A program made the position numbers and the translations under genes. A stretch of 64,000 nt of DNA from NCBI GenBank assembly GCA_002633005.1, contig NMRA01000483.1, positions 51,964 to 115,963 on the forward strand, written 5' to 3'. The first letter of the stretch is position 1. The number at the start of each line of letters is the position of its first letter. Below the pieces are notes generated by a model. It worked only from the letters and a program-made list of their open reading frames with translations, was not told where the DNA came from and searched no databases. This DNA is from Phoronis australis (lineage: Eukaryota; Animalia; Phoronida). This document shows positions 50,701-62,738 of this stretch, in pieces.

Positions 50701-50902
50701 CCATGGTAAAGTGTTGTTGTATTACCATGACAGACCAGGCGAAGCCATCGTCGAATATGCCAGCAAGAAAAACGTTGACTTAATCGTCCTAGGATCTCGT
50801 GGTCTCGGCAAATTGCGAAGAACATTCACTGGAAGCCACAGCAACTACGTCATCAACCACGCCAATGTCCCAGTAACTGTGGTGCCCCCGGAAACACGAT
50901 AA
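41749..50902 (+). CDS. Universal stress protein (UspA-family domain), 196 aa, 4 exons
   Basis: Exons 41749-41911, 48886-48978, 50128-50258, 50699-50902; GT-AG and frame-consistent (591 nt). Motifs: VLIAVDASEHSERAF, MHRPGNRVIVLNV, PGEAIVEYA...VDLIVLGSRGLGKLRRTFTGSHSNYVINHANVPVTVVP. Confidence 0.9.
43340..43920 (+). mobile_element. 3'-terminal LINE fragment (RTE-X/L2/CR1-type ORF2 C-terminus plus 3' UTR)
   Basis: 43488-43580 translates as YLKALSRFKCSNHNLQIERGRHMKIPGKNRL, the typical LINE ORF2 motif 'L.RFR.SNH.L.IE.GR'. It ends with AATAAA and an A-rich tail near 43905-43920. Confidence 0.7.
45170..45300 (-). repeat. Inverted partial copy of the MITE at 49707-49882
   Basis: CACGGATCAGCTGACACGGAACGAG is the reverse complement of CTCGTTCCGTGTCAGCTGATCCGTG (~49836-49860). 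Confidence 0.65.
45634..45788. mobile_element. Second, inverted, internally deleted copy of the 14231-14472 MITE
   Basis: GGCGTGCGTTCAGTAACGCTAGGACCTATGCTAGGAC ... GAAGTCTTGCTTTTTAGCGA..TTACTGAACGGGAG. Confidence 0.7.
46599..47543. other. ~472-bp near-exact tandem duplication split by a single N (probable assembly/haplotype artefact)
   Basis: 46599-47070 is nearly identical to 47072-47543 (a few SNPs and one T indel); the junction is exactly the N at 47071. Confidence 0.85.
49123..49569. mobile_element. Compound palindromic element rich in CCTATAGG/GGATCC motifs
   Basis: Termini CCCATA.../...TATGGG; near-perfect ~89-bp inverted repeat 49300-49388 vs 49476-49564; direct repeat ~49191-49275 vs ~49386-49470; inverted repeat ~49175-49202 vs ~49273-49301. 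Confidence 0.75.
49707..49882. mobile_element. MITE with CGTTTAGAC/GTCTAAACG termini
   Basis: Short TIRs; partial inverted copy at 45170-45300. Confidence 0.5.
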
Positions 50903-51239
50903 ATGTAGGTCCGGTTACGCCATCGTATGAATTAAGCCTGATGGAGGCATCATATCAGGGATCTCGCCTCGGAGGGCACTATCAAGACGAACTTTGTGCA
51001 TCGTTTCAATAGCAGGAATTATGCATCGCGGAATCACGACAGACAAGCCGCCGCCTAGAGAGTTTTAGCTAAGACGTTCTCTTGTTCTTTTCAAATGACC
51101 GTTGTCATAGATATAATCGAACAAGGTCGTTATTTGTGTAGAAGTATATATATTATATTAGGGCTACTACAAATGTACCTGATGTGCTATTATCGCTTGA
51201 GTACATTATAACACGTGTGACCATCAACCCCTACGCTTT

Positions 51240-52130
51240 AGTGAGCCACCATTGAGACTGGTCTGTGATGGACCCAAACGGAGAACCTGTGGCACGCCCG
51301 TGATCAGTGCCTGTCCCACTTCATTGGCAAGAAGATGTAAACGGATCAGGTCAGGCTGGACCAGGAGTCAGGCTTGGCGTCCTCGAGCCTGTGCCTGCAA
51401 TTGGTGAACCCGTCACCTGGTGTCACAGGATGTATGCAACCGGCGGACTCAGACGAACACTCGATTTTCAGCCCCAGCTCAACAACAAGGTGTTCCATTG
51501 AAATAGGAACCCCGGAGTAAACAGATAGTATAAGACAGACTCGTCCCGCACCTTCAAAACAGCTAACCAGCCAGAAAAACACGAACCGCCGACCTGTAGA
51601 ACACTGAAACCCCGGGATCGGACACGGCAGGCCACCACTCTTAGTATACATTAGTCGGGGTTCGTCGTTTTTCGGGCTGGTTAACTATTTTGAAGGTGCG
51701 TAGGTCTGTTTTAGTTTGACTCCAAGATACCTGGTTGACACCAGGATTTCAATTTCAATGGAACACGGAGGTACCCTGAAGCGCAGGCGTCCTCACGCAG
51801 CTTCTGATCGTCCCCAATACGTCTGTATCAAATCACAGTCACAGTCAAGGCCCAAACAACCCGTTGATCTTGACCTACCGGTACCGCCCACCAACAGCTG
51901 TGGACAAAGTCGCGTCCAGGCACACAGGAGATGGATGCATCGATCCCTACTACCGCAACGTTGAGCCGCGACAACTCCACCCCATTAATGCTGTGCTGAC
52001 CGAACCATCAAAACCACGGAACCCGGCTGTAATTGATGAGTGACCTCCAGATGCCATCAGTGCTCCCCGGCGGCCAGGCGATCTTCTCGTGCGAGGCATA
52101 AACTTGCATAGCATTCCGACTATGATGGTA
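51240..52130. mobile_element. Two diverged LINE (Ingi/Jockey-group-like) RT fragments in inverted orientation
   Basis: GC-rich island. 51490-51593 (+) is homologous to the reverse complement of 51654-51767. The minus strand gives *VKING and (frameshifted) RYLGVKL..R..TFK, matching the RT motifs 'W.V.IN..K' and 'YLGV.LD..LTF'. Confidence 0.5.
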
Positions 52131-52161
52131 GACATTAGCACTCGAGGAGACAGTTTAATAT

Positions 52162-52416
52162 CGTGCGCGCACCCAGCCTAAAATATCATGAGGGGCTCGA
52201 ATTTTTCGACTTTATGCGTACCTTTTACTAAAAGAAATCAATGAGGACTAAAAGAAACGGGACCACTAGGTTCAGGCCGCGCCGACTTCTTGGGGATTTT
52301 GTGGACTTTTGTCTCGTTTACTCGGACTTTTTGTTTCACTGAGGTGGACCTTTTTGCCCAATTCGCCAAATTGGGGGCTCGTTAGAGCCCCGGCCACCCC
52401 CCTGAGTGCACCCATG
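52162..52416 (+). mobile_element. CATGCGCGCACC-TIR MITE, 5-bp TSD
   Basis: CGTGCGCGCACC...AGTGCACCCATG flanked by AATAT on both sides; same family as the copies at 29254 and 36551. Confidence 0.8.
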
Positions 52417-52584
52417 AATATTGAACTTGGAGGGAGATACAGGGTTTAGCCAAGACTTTCTCTTGTTCTGTTCATATGACCGTTTTCATTGTTGCATTAT
52501 ATATACAGTACTTCTACACAAATCGACCTTGTTCTTATCCAAAGAATTACTCCTCTCCGCGGCCCAAACAGCCGACTTGATTTC

Positions 52585-53080
52585 ACCCTCGTCCCCAAGC
52601 CTCAAGAGGGCGCTGATCGATTTAGCCATTTGAGGCTTCGTGAGGAGAAATTTTACTCGACAGAATGCTGACATTTTTACGGAAATCCCCGGAATATCAC
52701 GAGTGATATTAAGTTACGTCACCTCTAAAATTTGCTGTAGTATAATACAAAAAATCAAAATGGGCTGTATTTAAGCAGGAATTCAGATTTAGATCATTAA
52801 AAAACTTATGTATTTGAATTCAAAAGGAGGACAATTTATTTGGTGCTTTCAATAAATCAGAATTGACAATAAGTATGCAAGCACCTTTTATTTCAAACAA
52901 TAACGAATCTTTTGCTTTCCAAAACAATAACGAATCTTTTGCTTTCCAATCACCAATGGCAGCAACGACTTGTAAAATGTGTGTGCAGGTCTCGTTTAGC
53001 ATGCAGAAGACTGAAATATCTCCTCACCAAGCCTCAAATGGCTAAACCGATCAGGACCATCTTGAGGCTTGGTGATGGCG
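52585..53080. mobile_element. TIR element with ~60-70-bp self-palindromic arms
   Basis: 52595-52652 is the imperfect reverse complement of 53015-53072. Each arm is itself a hairpin (CAAGCCTCAA...TTGAGGCTT). Internal 27-bp tandem duplication ~52895-52950. Confidence 0.65.
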
Positions 53081-54135
53081 CTGATTTGATTTAGACAACT
53101 TACCCTTATAAAACTAGGGAGCGTTTGGTAAACTGTTTCTTGAGGAAAACTGATATCGACAACGCAAAATCACGCAGTGAAAGGTGTGTGTTAACGTCAT
53201 TGTGGAATGGTAATGTTAAGCGGCAGCTTCAGACCAAGCATTTACACTGAGTGGGTTCAAGTAAACAGTTTTGCTCGCGCGTGCTAGCATTTGACGGATA
53301 GTGCACTTTTCTATGGAACGCGTCTAGCATCACCTTGTGACGAGACATTTGGACTCATCCGAATACAATTCAGAGCATCAGAATTGGCTCATAATTTTTA
53401 AGCATGTCAAGTACCGCCCCATTTCTGTTCAACCAACAAGACGTTGTGTTCTGGTCAGTGATGACATATGCTATGATGTCAGTCAGTTTACACGAAAACT
53501 GAGCAGACATCTTACTAGCTAAAAAGAGACATGTTTATATGCACACTCATATTATTTGAAACAATCATAATCTGCCTGAAGAACAAGAACAGCAAACATC
53601 ACCAAGCCACCTTACATTATTTGAGATATTTAGGATATTGTATCAGCTGTTTTAGTCTATAGCCAATTTATTATTAGGTGTTTGCCTGCTAAATCTCCTC
53701 TTTGCATTTAAAGTCATATTTCTATTGGAAACTTTGAGACAGTGCCGACTGCTCACTAGGTTTGGATTAATGAACTTCAAGGGTAAAAGTATTTTCTAAA
53801 ACTTGTATTTTTAAACTTACACACCTAAATAAATTTTCTAGAAGTTGTATACCATGTCTGTTGGTTTCAAATGTATAGACAAGGTGCATGCTGCAAATTT
53901 TTTAATAACTGGGGGCCTCTTAAAATTAAATTCACCTCGCCACTAAAAGCGTAAATTCAGCACTATTCCCTTGTTTCCTCATGCAAGAGATGTGAAACAT
54001 CACTTCCGTCACAATTGTTAGTGCACTGGCATGTTGCTTTAAAAGCATCAGATGTGAATCTCTAACAGCTCCGTATTCCCTGGTAATTGCTTGACAAGTC
54101 TGTGAAGCTTCACACCACCATAACTTTCAGTCCAT

Positions 54136-57100
54136 TCATTCATCATCAGTCTCGTCGTCGCTGGAAAACACTGGGGGCGACCGTGAGCTTTGCACAACCT
54201 TAGACAACTGTCTGTAGCGGTCCAACCACTCATCTGTCATCTGTCGGACCATTGCTGGACGTTGACCGTATTTAACCCGTGCCACTAGAGTACCGCCCTC
54301 AGTTGTTGAACAGTCGAGCCACTCTCGAAGTATACTTTCTTCACGGCCCAGCTGCAAATAGAAAAACAAAATATTGACCGAAACAGTTTCTGTAACAAGA
54401 CAAGGCAAGATGCAACATGGTAGCAACAGCAGTCTCTTTGACATGAGTGAAGAAGGGGATGACTTGTACTTGCAGGTTTGCAGATAAATAACTTACATAA
54501 AAAAGAGCTCTAAAAAGCAACCCTTGGAAAAATCAACTGAAGAAATGAGGACGACAAGACTGCCGATGACCTTGAAGACAAGAACACCGAAATTGACAAA
54601 TAACAGCAAACTGAATTACCTCGGCTTAAATAAACAATACAACGTAAGAATGGCAATAAAATTTCCACACGAAACACCTTCATTCGCAATTTCAAATAAT
54701 AAAAAAGAATGATTAATATGATGATCTGAACTACAGCCTCGTGGATAGTAATCCCGTAGGCTAATCACTCAATCACCAGATGTCGCCTGGTCATGCTACT
54801 CAAAGTTAAAGCTGAAATTTTATTCTGTTTAAATGGCTAAAACATTTAAATCAAACGAGGCATTTTACTCTGCATCAAAAAATCGAACACGTTTTGCTAA
54901 ATACACCACTTGTTTTTGCTTATTCCAGCTTCACAGCTAGCCTTTCACAGGTTCTGACCCTTGTCCTGGGAACAGGTGACAGTGTATTTTCCCAAAGACA
55001 TGATAAATATTCATTAAATAAGCATTCTAAAATGTCCATATATTTATATAACGTAAATGAAATACTCAAACTCCCTCCTTTTCAACAACCAATCAAAGTA
55101 CACACAGTAGGACTTAGTGGCTAAGTACGCTGGACAGGGTCAAAGGTCAATATAACTAAGTTGCAAGAGAGACTAGCAATGTTATGACCAAGGGTGAGGG
55201 CCATTAGTTACTTAGCTAAGTCTACAACCTATCATGAGAGGACCAACGGGAAACCGATCCAATTTATGTCCTCTAGAGGCATGCCATCTACTGGAGAGAT
55301 TATAATCTCAAGTCAAGGCGTCTCTTGACAAAGGTGTCTACTGGGTAACCTGAATATTTTGGCTGTGTTATCACAACTTTTTGCAATTACAGATTGTGTT
55401 TGTCTCACCACATCTGTACCCTGTAAATGGCATGTACATGTGCACATCTACTTGTATCAATGATAATAGCTTTAATACATTAAATACTATGTAAGGAGAA
55501 TAATTGGTTAAAAACCCAGTAGGGGACACTGTACCTCTGTTGCTGTCAAGAAATGGACAGGTAATAATTTTGACTCGCAATCAGTAAGAGGTAGATAGGC
55601 CACGCGAGGATCATTGTTGCTGTCAATGTTAGCACCTGCACCAATCGTTGCATCTACATCAATCTCCATGGAGACAAGGGCAGAAAAGTGACCCCGCGTG
55701 TAGCCCAGAGCAATGGGTGTCTTCCAACAGAAGCTATGTTCCCACAGCAATGGTAGATATACACCTGAAAAAGTAACATTCACAGCTGAGTGAACTAACA
55801 CCTGAGTGAACTAGCAAAGAAGAGGGACAACATCCTTAGTGTTATTTTTACTAAAAATACATATCAACAATGATTACAGAAATGAGTGATAGGTAAAACT
55901 ATTGTTGCGGTCTCCTAGGTCCTCCCCTGCATCGCGAATAATGACTGAGCATTGCTGTCCAAGGAGTCACTACTTTCGTCATCACTTAGTTGATTTCACC
56001 AAGAGCCAGTCTGTCAAAGTGCTTTCATTTTCAAGTTTTATTTTGGGCCATCTAAAAACTAGATGCTTCTTTGTTCAATTCAAGGAATTTACTCAGTCAG
56101 ACACTGACAAACCTGAACAAAAAGTAGTTAAAAAGTATGGATTTCAGTACAAATACCTCCAAAAAGTCATTGGGAGGCATGCGGTCCTGGCTAAAACTGC
56201 ATACTTAATAAATTGCAACGTGAAGGTTGCGGCATGTCGGTTGAGCTTGTTGCATTTCCATGGTCATAATAGCTACATGTAGGAAGGCAGGTAGACAAAG
56301 TTTGATTTGTGACCTAATTACATCTACACGCATAATTGTCCAAGTTGAAACTGCAAAATCCAAATCAAAACTCTCAGCAGTCGTTATGTCAAACCTTGCA
56401 TCAGGTACATAAAGCCTCATGGACATAAATGCCAACGACCTCCACGGGGACATAAATGTTCTTTGAACAACAGAATGCTGTACAAATTGACAGAAAATTT
56501 CAGAGACCACATTGTACAGGTTGTTGTGACTAATGTATTCCTAAAGTACCACACCATTAACATCCTACCTTGAAATCGTGCATATCCTATGGTTTCGCCG
56601 CGAAAACTCTTTACAAACTTCACACCATAGACTATGATGGGTCTTCTTAGTATATGAGCCACAGTGAATATGTGCATTTGCTCTAAAGATGCACCTACAA
56701 ATAAATACTCAGTGTTGATAACTACAAATATTGTCATTTAAAGGCAACAAACTAAGTAAATTTGATGCTGGAATGCCGTGCAATTACCGAGGGATAAGAA
56801 TATAAAGTAGTAAAACGGGCGTCGATACTAAAATATATTTAAAAATATTTCCCAAGTTTCGAGCTGTACGCACTTTATCAAGGGCACGACACAGACACTG
56901 TTATGTATTGCCACATAATGTTAATACGTGGAAAAGTCAGAAATTTGCAATGGCAATTTTCAAAGCTTTTACTTTTCCATTCACCGAGTTAGCAAGGAGC
57001 ATCAACACTCTTTATCAGCTACATGCCACATCAAGGTAACTTAAATGTGACTTTCAGAGACAGAGGGCGACTTATTTGGAAGGTACAACAAGCTTCAAAC

Positions 57101-60100
57101 AAGTCACCCTTTACTGCCGGAGGGTGACTTTTTGAGGCTTTGGAAGTCATTTTAAGCCACCCTGGTAGCAAAAGTGACCTTGCTGTGAGCTACAAATGAG
57201 TCATCCCCTGTTTGAAAATAACACCGAGCAATAGTGCATTAAACTAAATTTACCTGGTTGACTCGCCAGATTGAGCAATATCTCCCAATCTTGGGCCCAT
57301 TGACTTTCATCCAAACTGAACTGCATCGACTGAGCCTGTAGACTCTCATACTCTTTCCAACGTGGATAGAAACTGCAACAAGCAATAAAACATTCAAGTT
57401 TTGTCACAGCAAGATCAACAGATATCTGGAGGACATTCAAGCAATGAGCACGAACGATGCAAATCAGACAACTAAGTTTGTTATTATTCTGTTCAATATG
57501 TGGCAGAGATAACTGAAAATGAAGATTTTGTCTGCAATCATGTAAATATAAATAAGAACAATAACATTTTCCGGTTTGGGAAAGTCTCTAAAAGGAATTT
57601 AATTTTCTTGATTCTGGCATTCATCAAATTCATCAAATTTTGGACACTCTATCAACAGAGTCTGAAAACAGACTTGGCAGTTTATAAAGTCATCATTTAC
57701 GTGTCCCTTTAGTGTGGAACATCCAGGTGAATGACTGTTTACACGACAGGTGCATTTAACATCAAACTGTGGAACACAAGGCCAGGAGTACATCGGGAAA
57801 GGTGAACATTTGAGAAACAACAGGTCTGACGAACATCGAGCACAAGCAATATTGGATATGGGGAACATCAGGCAAGGAGAGCATTGTAAAGTACTGGCTT
57901 TTTAATAATTGCCGGGATTATCTTAAACCTGCATTTCACCATTTAGTTGGCATAAGAATGAAAACTGAAATAGGCCTTTTACTCTTACAAAATCCACCTC
58001 CAAGTATTCCTTACTGAGATGGGATTCTATTACCGTTAACACAAAGTCACAGACAATGTGTACATTAGCCATTTTAGAATTCACAATTTACATGACAAAT
58101 ATTTTTTCCACCACAAAATTTGGTAAATTTATCGAATTAGAAACATCTCTTTTTACGAAGGATTTCTTATGGGTTTAATAACTGGTTCACCATCAGTGGT
58201 TAAAACAATAGATAGCGACCATAAATCTACATGGCTGTTCAATATGTTGGGTTCCACAAAGGGTGCTTTACATGTTTAAACAATTGTTTTGTTTCCTATC
58301 ATGGTACAAAATCATCCGTGCACAAAGTCTGGAATTGTTTCTGACTAGTGACATGTTACAAAGACTAACAGCAAGTCTGAAATATGACTTGTGTAACCTG
58401 TATCTTACATAAATTCCACAATTTCGGACATGGCTAATTTGTAGTTCAAAAGCAGGAATTTCAAGAAAAAGTTGGAAAAAGTAAGAATACCTATGGAAAA
58501 GTAGGAATCATTGGGAGGCTTGAAATATCTCCTTGCCTTCTGCAAGGGATAATATCTGGTATCATGGTGAAATGGCATAATACGATCATAGGAGCCAGTA
58601 TCTAATAAAACCAACTTCCCATATTAACCATTGCTCTTCACTTCAGTTTTAATTAGGGTAGATGTGCAATTAGTTTTTCTCTAAGATGATCTACAAAGAC
58701 TATAAGTGCATGTAGATGCAACACTGTGCAATAACAATGTGAACAAAGTACTTATTGCATTTAGCTACTACTACATTTTCATTGGAACAAAACATCTCAA
58801 AAATAAATATACAAAAACTTCGTTTCCATGCCCGATCGGTAATGACTCAACACTCCAGGAGTACCCACCGTGAATAGTTACAATATGTTTTGAGGGTCAC
58901 CTGATCACATCAATGCCATCAATTGCCAAATGTAATAAACGACGAGACCACCTATAAGCTGTTCTATTCAGACGCCTTTGTTCTATGTTCTTTGAAAAAC
59001 CTACCTTTGGGGGATTAAACTGTGTTCTCTTATGTTGCTATGACTACAGGGATAGTCCAGTGTATTTAAAACAACAAAAAACTCACATTATGACTAGAGA
59101 TTTTGCTTCCACTCTGCTCACCTGGTGGCTCCCTCAATAAGGCTCTCTGCCAGGCACCTGCGCAGAGTGTTGTCACGATCAAAAACACCCCAGGTGGCCT
59201 GCAAGACTGAGTCTAGTAGGCAATCTCCAGCTGTCCTGTTCCATAGTGCATACAGCCGGCTGCCTAGTCGCTCAGTCAGCTCCAAGCTCCAGTTGATGAC
59301 AAATTCTTCCACCTCCAACTCTGAAATAGACCCTTTTTATGCAATGATTCCAGAGTGCATGGTTTTCAGTAGTAACTACAGTACAGGACAAAGGTAATCA
59401 GACAAAATACTGTCACCCCGAAATAATACATAAAAATGTTTACAGAAAAAATGACAGATAATGACTATTGTACAGGCAAAGTTCTAATTACAGAATGGTT
59501 TAAGTCGACTTTCTAACTTTCTTGTTCATTCCCCTTCATTGTCTGTCGTGAGGGAAGGCTATTCAGAAAATGGGTTCAGCTTCCATCCAGCAGCCATGAC
59601 AGGGAATTCCAGGTCACTTCGTCTGAATACTTTTGGCATGTACTGTAATACCAAGCATTGAACACTATACGCCGCTAAGTGAGCCTAGTGCTGCTGGCCA
59701 AGAACTTACAATAAGTTACGTTTGGCAACAGACAGTGAACTTTACTTTTTGTAAATAATTTTCAAATTCATGATTCAACAAATTGCAAGTATTTAAGGGT
59801 ATTATATATGACATGAGCAACAGAAGACATGGTATTTGAATACCAAGCTACTACTCAAAGATACACAAAATAGTTTCATCTCACACAAAGAGAACAAAGT
59901 CGTAACAGACAGTGATATCCCACACTGAAGGTCCTTTAAAACTCAGGACGGCATCTTTCCAGACAGATGCGTGAAATTCAAGAACGGGCCAAAAATTTAG
60001 AGCGGCCGACAACAGAAAACAAAGTGTAAATAGTAAAACAATCACTAGGTAGCTCATATTACATCAAATCCATCCAAAATGGCCAGGTGTTGTTATCTCC

Positions 60101-62738
60101 TTAATAGAAACCTATGTTCCAAATTCCATGAAAATCTGTCAAGGAACTCTGAAGATAGAGATGTAAACATGAAAAACTACAATTGCCCAGGAAGCACAGC
60201 GGTAGCCAGATTCGTCCAAAAAGTCGTCACTTTGCTAATTTTCATTATGATCCTGTGAATGATTTGGCAGGTAAATGCAGAAACACAATAAGAACGACCA
60301 TTCAGTGGAACAAAATACACCACTTTCCGAAAACGAGACTGCGTCTTAATAAATACCTACATGTCAACTATCATGAAAAATTTTCAAAGAACTCGGAATA
60401 CACAGAGGCAAACATGAAAAATCAAACCTAAAATTGCCACTAGAGGGCATAGTGATAATCCAAAATTCGCTCGTGCTGTCCCATCTAGGATAGAAATATA
60501 TCTGTAGAATTCCACAAACATAAATCAAGTGGTTTAAATTACTAAATAGAGCAGCAGACGCTGGACTCTGAATGAACGGAAAGGGATGAGGACATAATGC
60601 GCTCACACAAGCACCTACACACGCATACAGGTGCAAAAAGGGCTGCTAGGTGGTTAAGAATACATCAAACCTGTCTGAAAATGAATAGCCATCATAATCT
60701 CCATTTGCTAAATTTGATGCCAAGTTTCAGATCCTCCATCAGGCTCCATCACGATTTTTTGTGATGCAGCAGCAGATGCCGGACAACTGAACACCGAACA
60801 CCCAAACAGAGATGACAGCAATGTAACTAAATGAACCAGACATAAGGACAGGATGATGACAATATGCACCCTCTCACCCACATTCACACACGTGTGTGGG
60901 GGGAGGGGCACATAGCTTTTACTATATACTGAGCATGCTAAAATCTGATATACCTTGTTGAACATCTCTGTCCAGTAACTCGTCAAAGAGTTGCTTCTGT
61001 ATTGAAAGAGGTAGGTCAACAATATCTGGAATTGAAGAATTTATTTAGTACACAAGTAAAGAACCGTCACTGAATTGTAATTTACCAAAACTATTGAATT
61101 CTGGTCCAGTTTGAAAACAATATCTCAATCAAAGTCTACTATTTTAAAATCCAAGGGCATGTTTGATTAACGTTGCGTTCAACTCGTCTGTGTTTTATCA
61201 GAACCAAACATGGTAAATTTGATAATAGACCATTTTCACACTATGAACAAGAGAGTCAGGCAAAGTGAACAAGTCGGAGACCAGGACATATCATCAATAT
61301 TCAATTTCTTCATGTCTTGATCTATCTTCCAAAATTACATTGAGTTTGTCATTTTACTTGAAATCTGACTTGATTTTCATCTGTGAATTTTTAGATAAAA
61401 TAGAAACTTAAATTGCCTGTTAGGTAGGAGAAACAAAAACAATAACATGCACTGACCATTAATATATAGCAAAACCCGCACAAGTCAGCGAGCACATAGC
61501 CTAAATCACTTAATGTGAACAACACACACTAATATTCATGTGAATGAGCAAGCATGTGATTTGAGTGGTCATGTTACAACAGACAAAGCTGAAATAGCTT
61601 TATCCGACTACATACTTAAAAACAAATTGTTGTTACCTTTGTGTTTTCTAACCATTTCAATGGTCCGAATGGTGAATAAACTTCACAACCAAATAATATT
61701 ATATCATGACAAATATCCACCAGTAAAAGGGGAAATAAAGACTGTCAACAAACACCTTTGATTTAGGCCACTTACTGTCTCGGGTCAGAGTGAGAACACA
61801 AAACAACCAATGATAATGGGTGAAAGGTATGTGATATTCAGCATGATTGTGATATTTTTATACCAAAGACTTCATGTGGATTTTGAAACAACAGTATCCA
61901 GAGTATAGAACGTTATAATATTCTTGATTTGTAAGTATGATTTCACCATCAGGTTAAATGCTATTAGAAGTAAATTATTTGGATCTCTCATTTCCACAGC
62001 CTCAGAGAAAAGCCAACAGGAATGACTCTCTGTAAATGGCTTGCCTGAAACATAATAACTTTTCTCAGTAATTTCACTGCATATTATGTTAACCCCTTTA
62101 CACTAGCAAGTTCAAGTCTTTGAAATCAACCCTACAGTAGGAGTACTGCAAAGATAATCTTTTGGTGGACTACGACTACCCAATCATTGTTTGAAGAAAC
62201 CGGTGTCATTTTGGGTATTTTCAGTTACAAGAAAATCTGAAAAGTATCCAAATTGCTATTGAGGAATAACCATCAAGTAACTAGAGAGTAAATGCGCCAA
62301 AGGCCTCTGGTGTAAAGCTACAGAAATCAAACTAAACTGATAGTTCATAAGTGTCCATAAGTATCACATAGCTTCCCAGCAAACTTGGTTGCCTCACATG
62401 GAAATCTACACATTTAGGGAGCTCCATTTGGTACTTACCCGCTGGAAGCGCAAATGTAGCGTGTTCTGTTAGAAAGTAGCAAGGAAATGGGCCCTTCCGC
62501 TGGCGCAAGTACGATGACACGTCACGCAATAAGTCAGCAGCAAGGTCAGGACTAACATGCGAAGGAACACGTTTCTTGCCATTGGCAGCCATGTCTGTGG
62601 CTGCCAACAGCACGGCCAGCATGTCCTCACGCTGGAACCGTATGGACAGGTGCACAAGGGTGAAACCCACGTCAAATGCGCTTGGACGACTGAGTAATGA
62701 ACATTCCTCTTTGGTTAGCTGTCGTCCAGGTTCACCAC
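54136..62738 (-). CDS. ZRANB1: Ubiquitin thioesterase ZRANB1/Trabid (OTU deubiquitinase), 3' seven exons; 5' part outside window
   Basis: Exons 62738-62439, 61025-60954, 59320-59122, 57372-57254, 56694-56569, 55764-55535, 54351-54136; all GT-AG and phase-consistent. AnkUBD RPSAFDVGFTLVHLSIRFQREDML; catalytic Cys WNRTAGDCLLDS; LEQMHIF..AHILRRPIIVYGVK; catalytic His LGYTRGHFSALV; acidic tail. Confidence 0.95.
59885..60639 (+). mobile_element. Helentron/HINE-like non-autonomous element in a ZRANB1 intron
   Basis: Starts ACAAAGAG..ACAGACAGTGATATCCC; internal AAATTCCATGAAAAT and GCCACTAGAGGGC motifs; ends ATAAT...GCACCT-loop-AGGTGC-AAAAA (3' hairpin plus A run). Confidence 0.45.
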
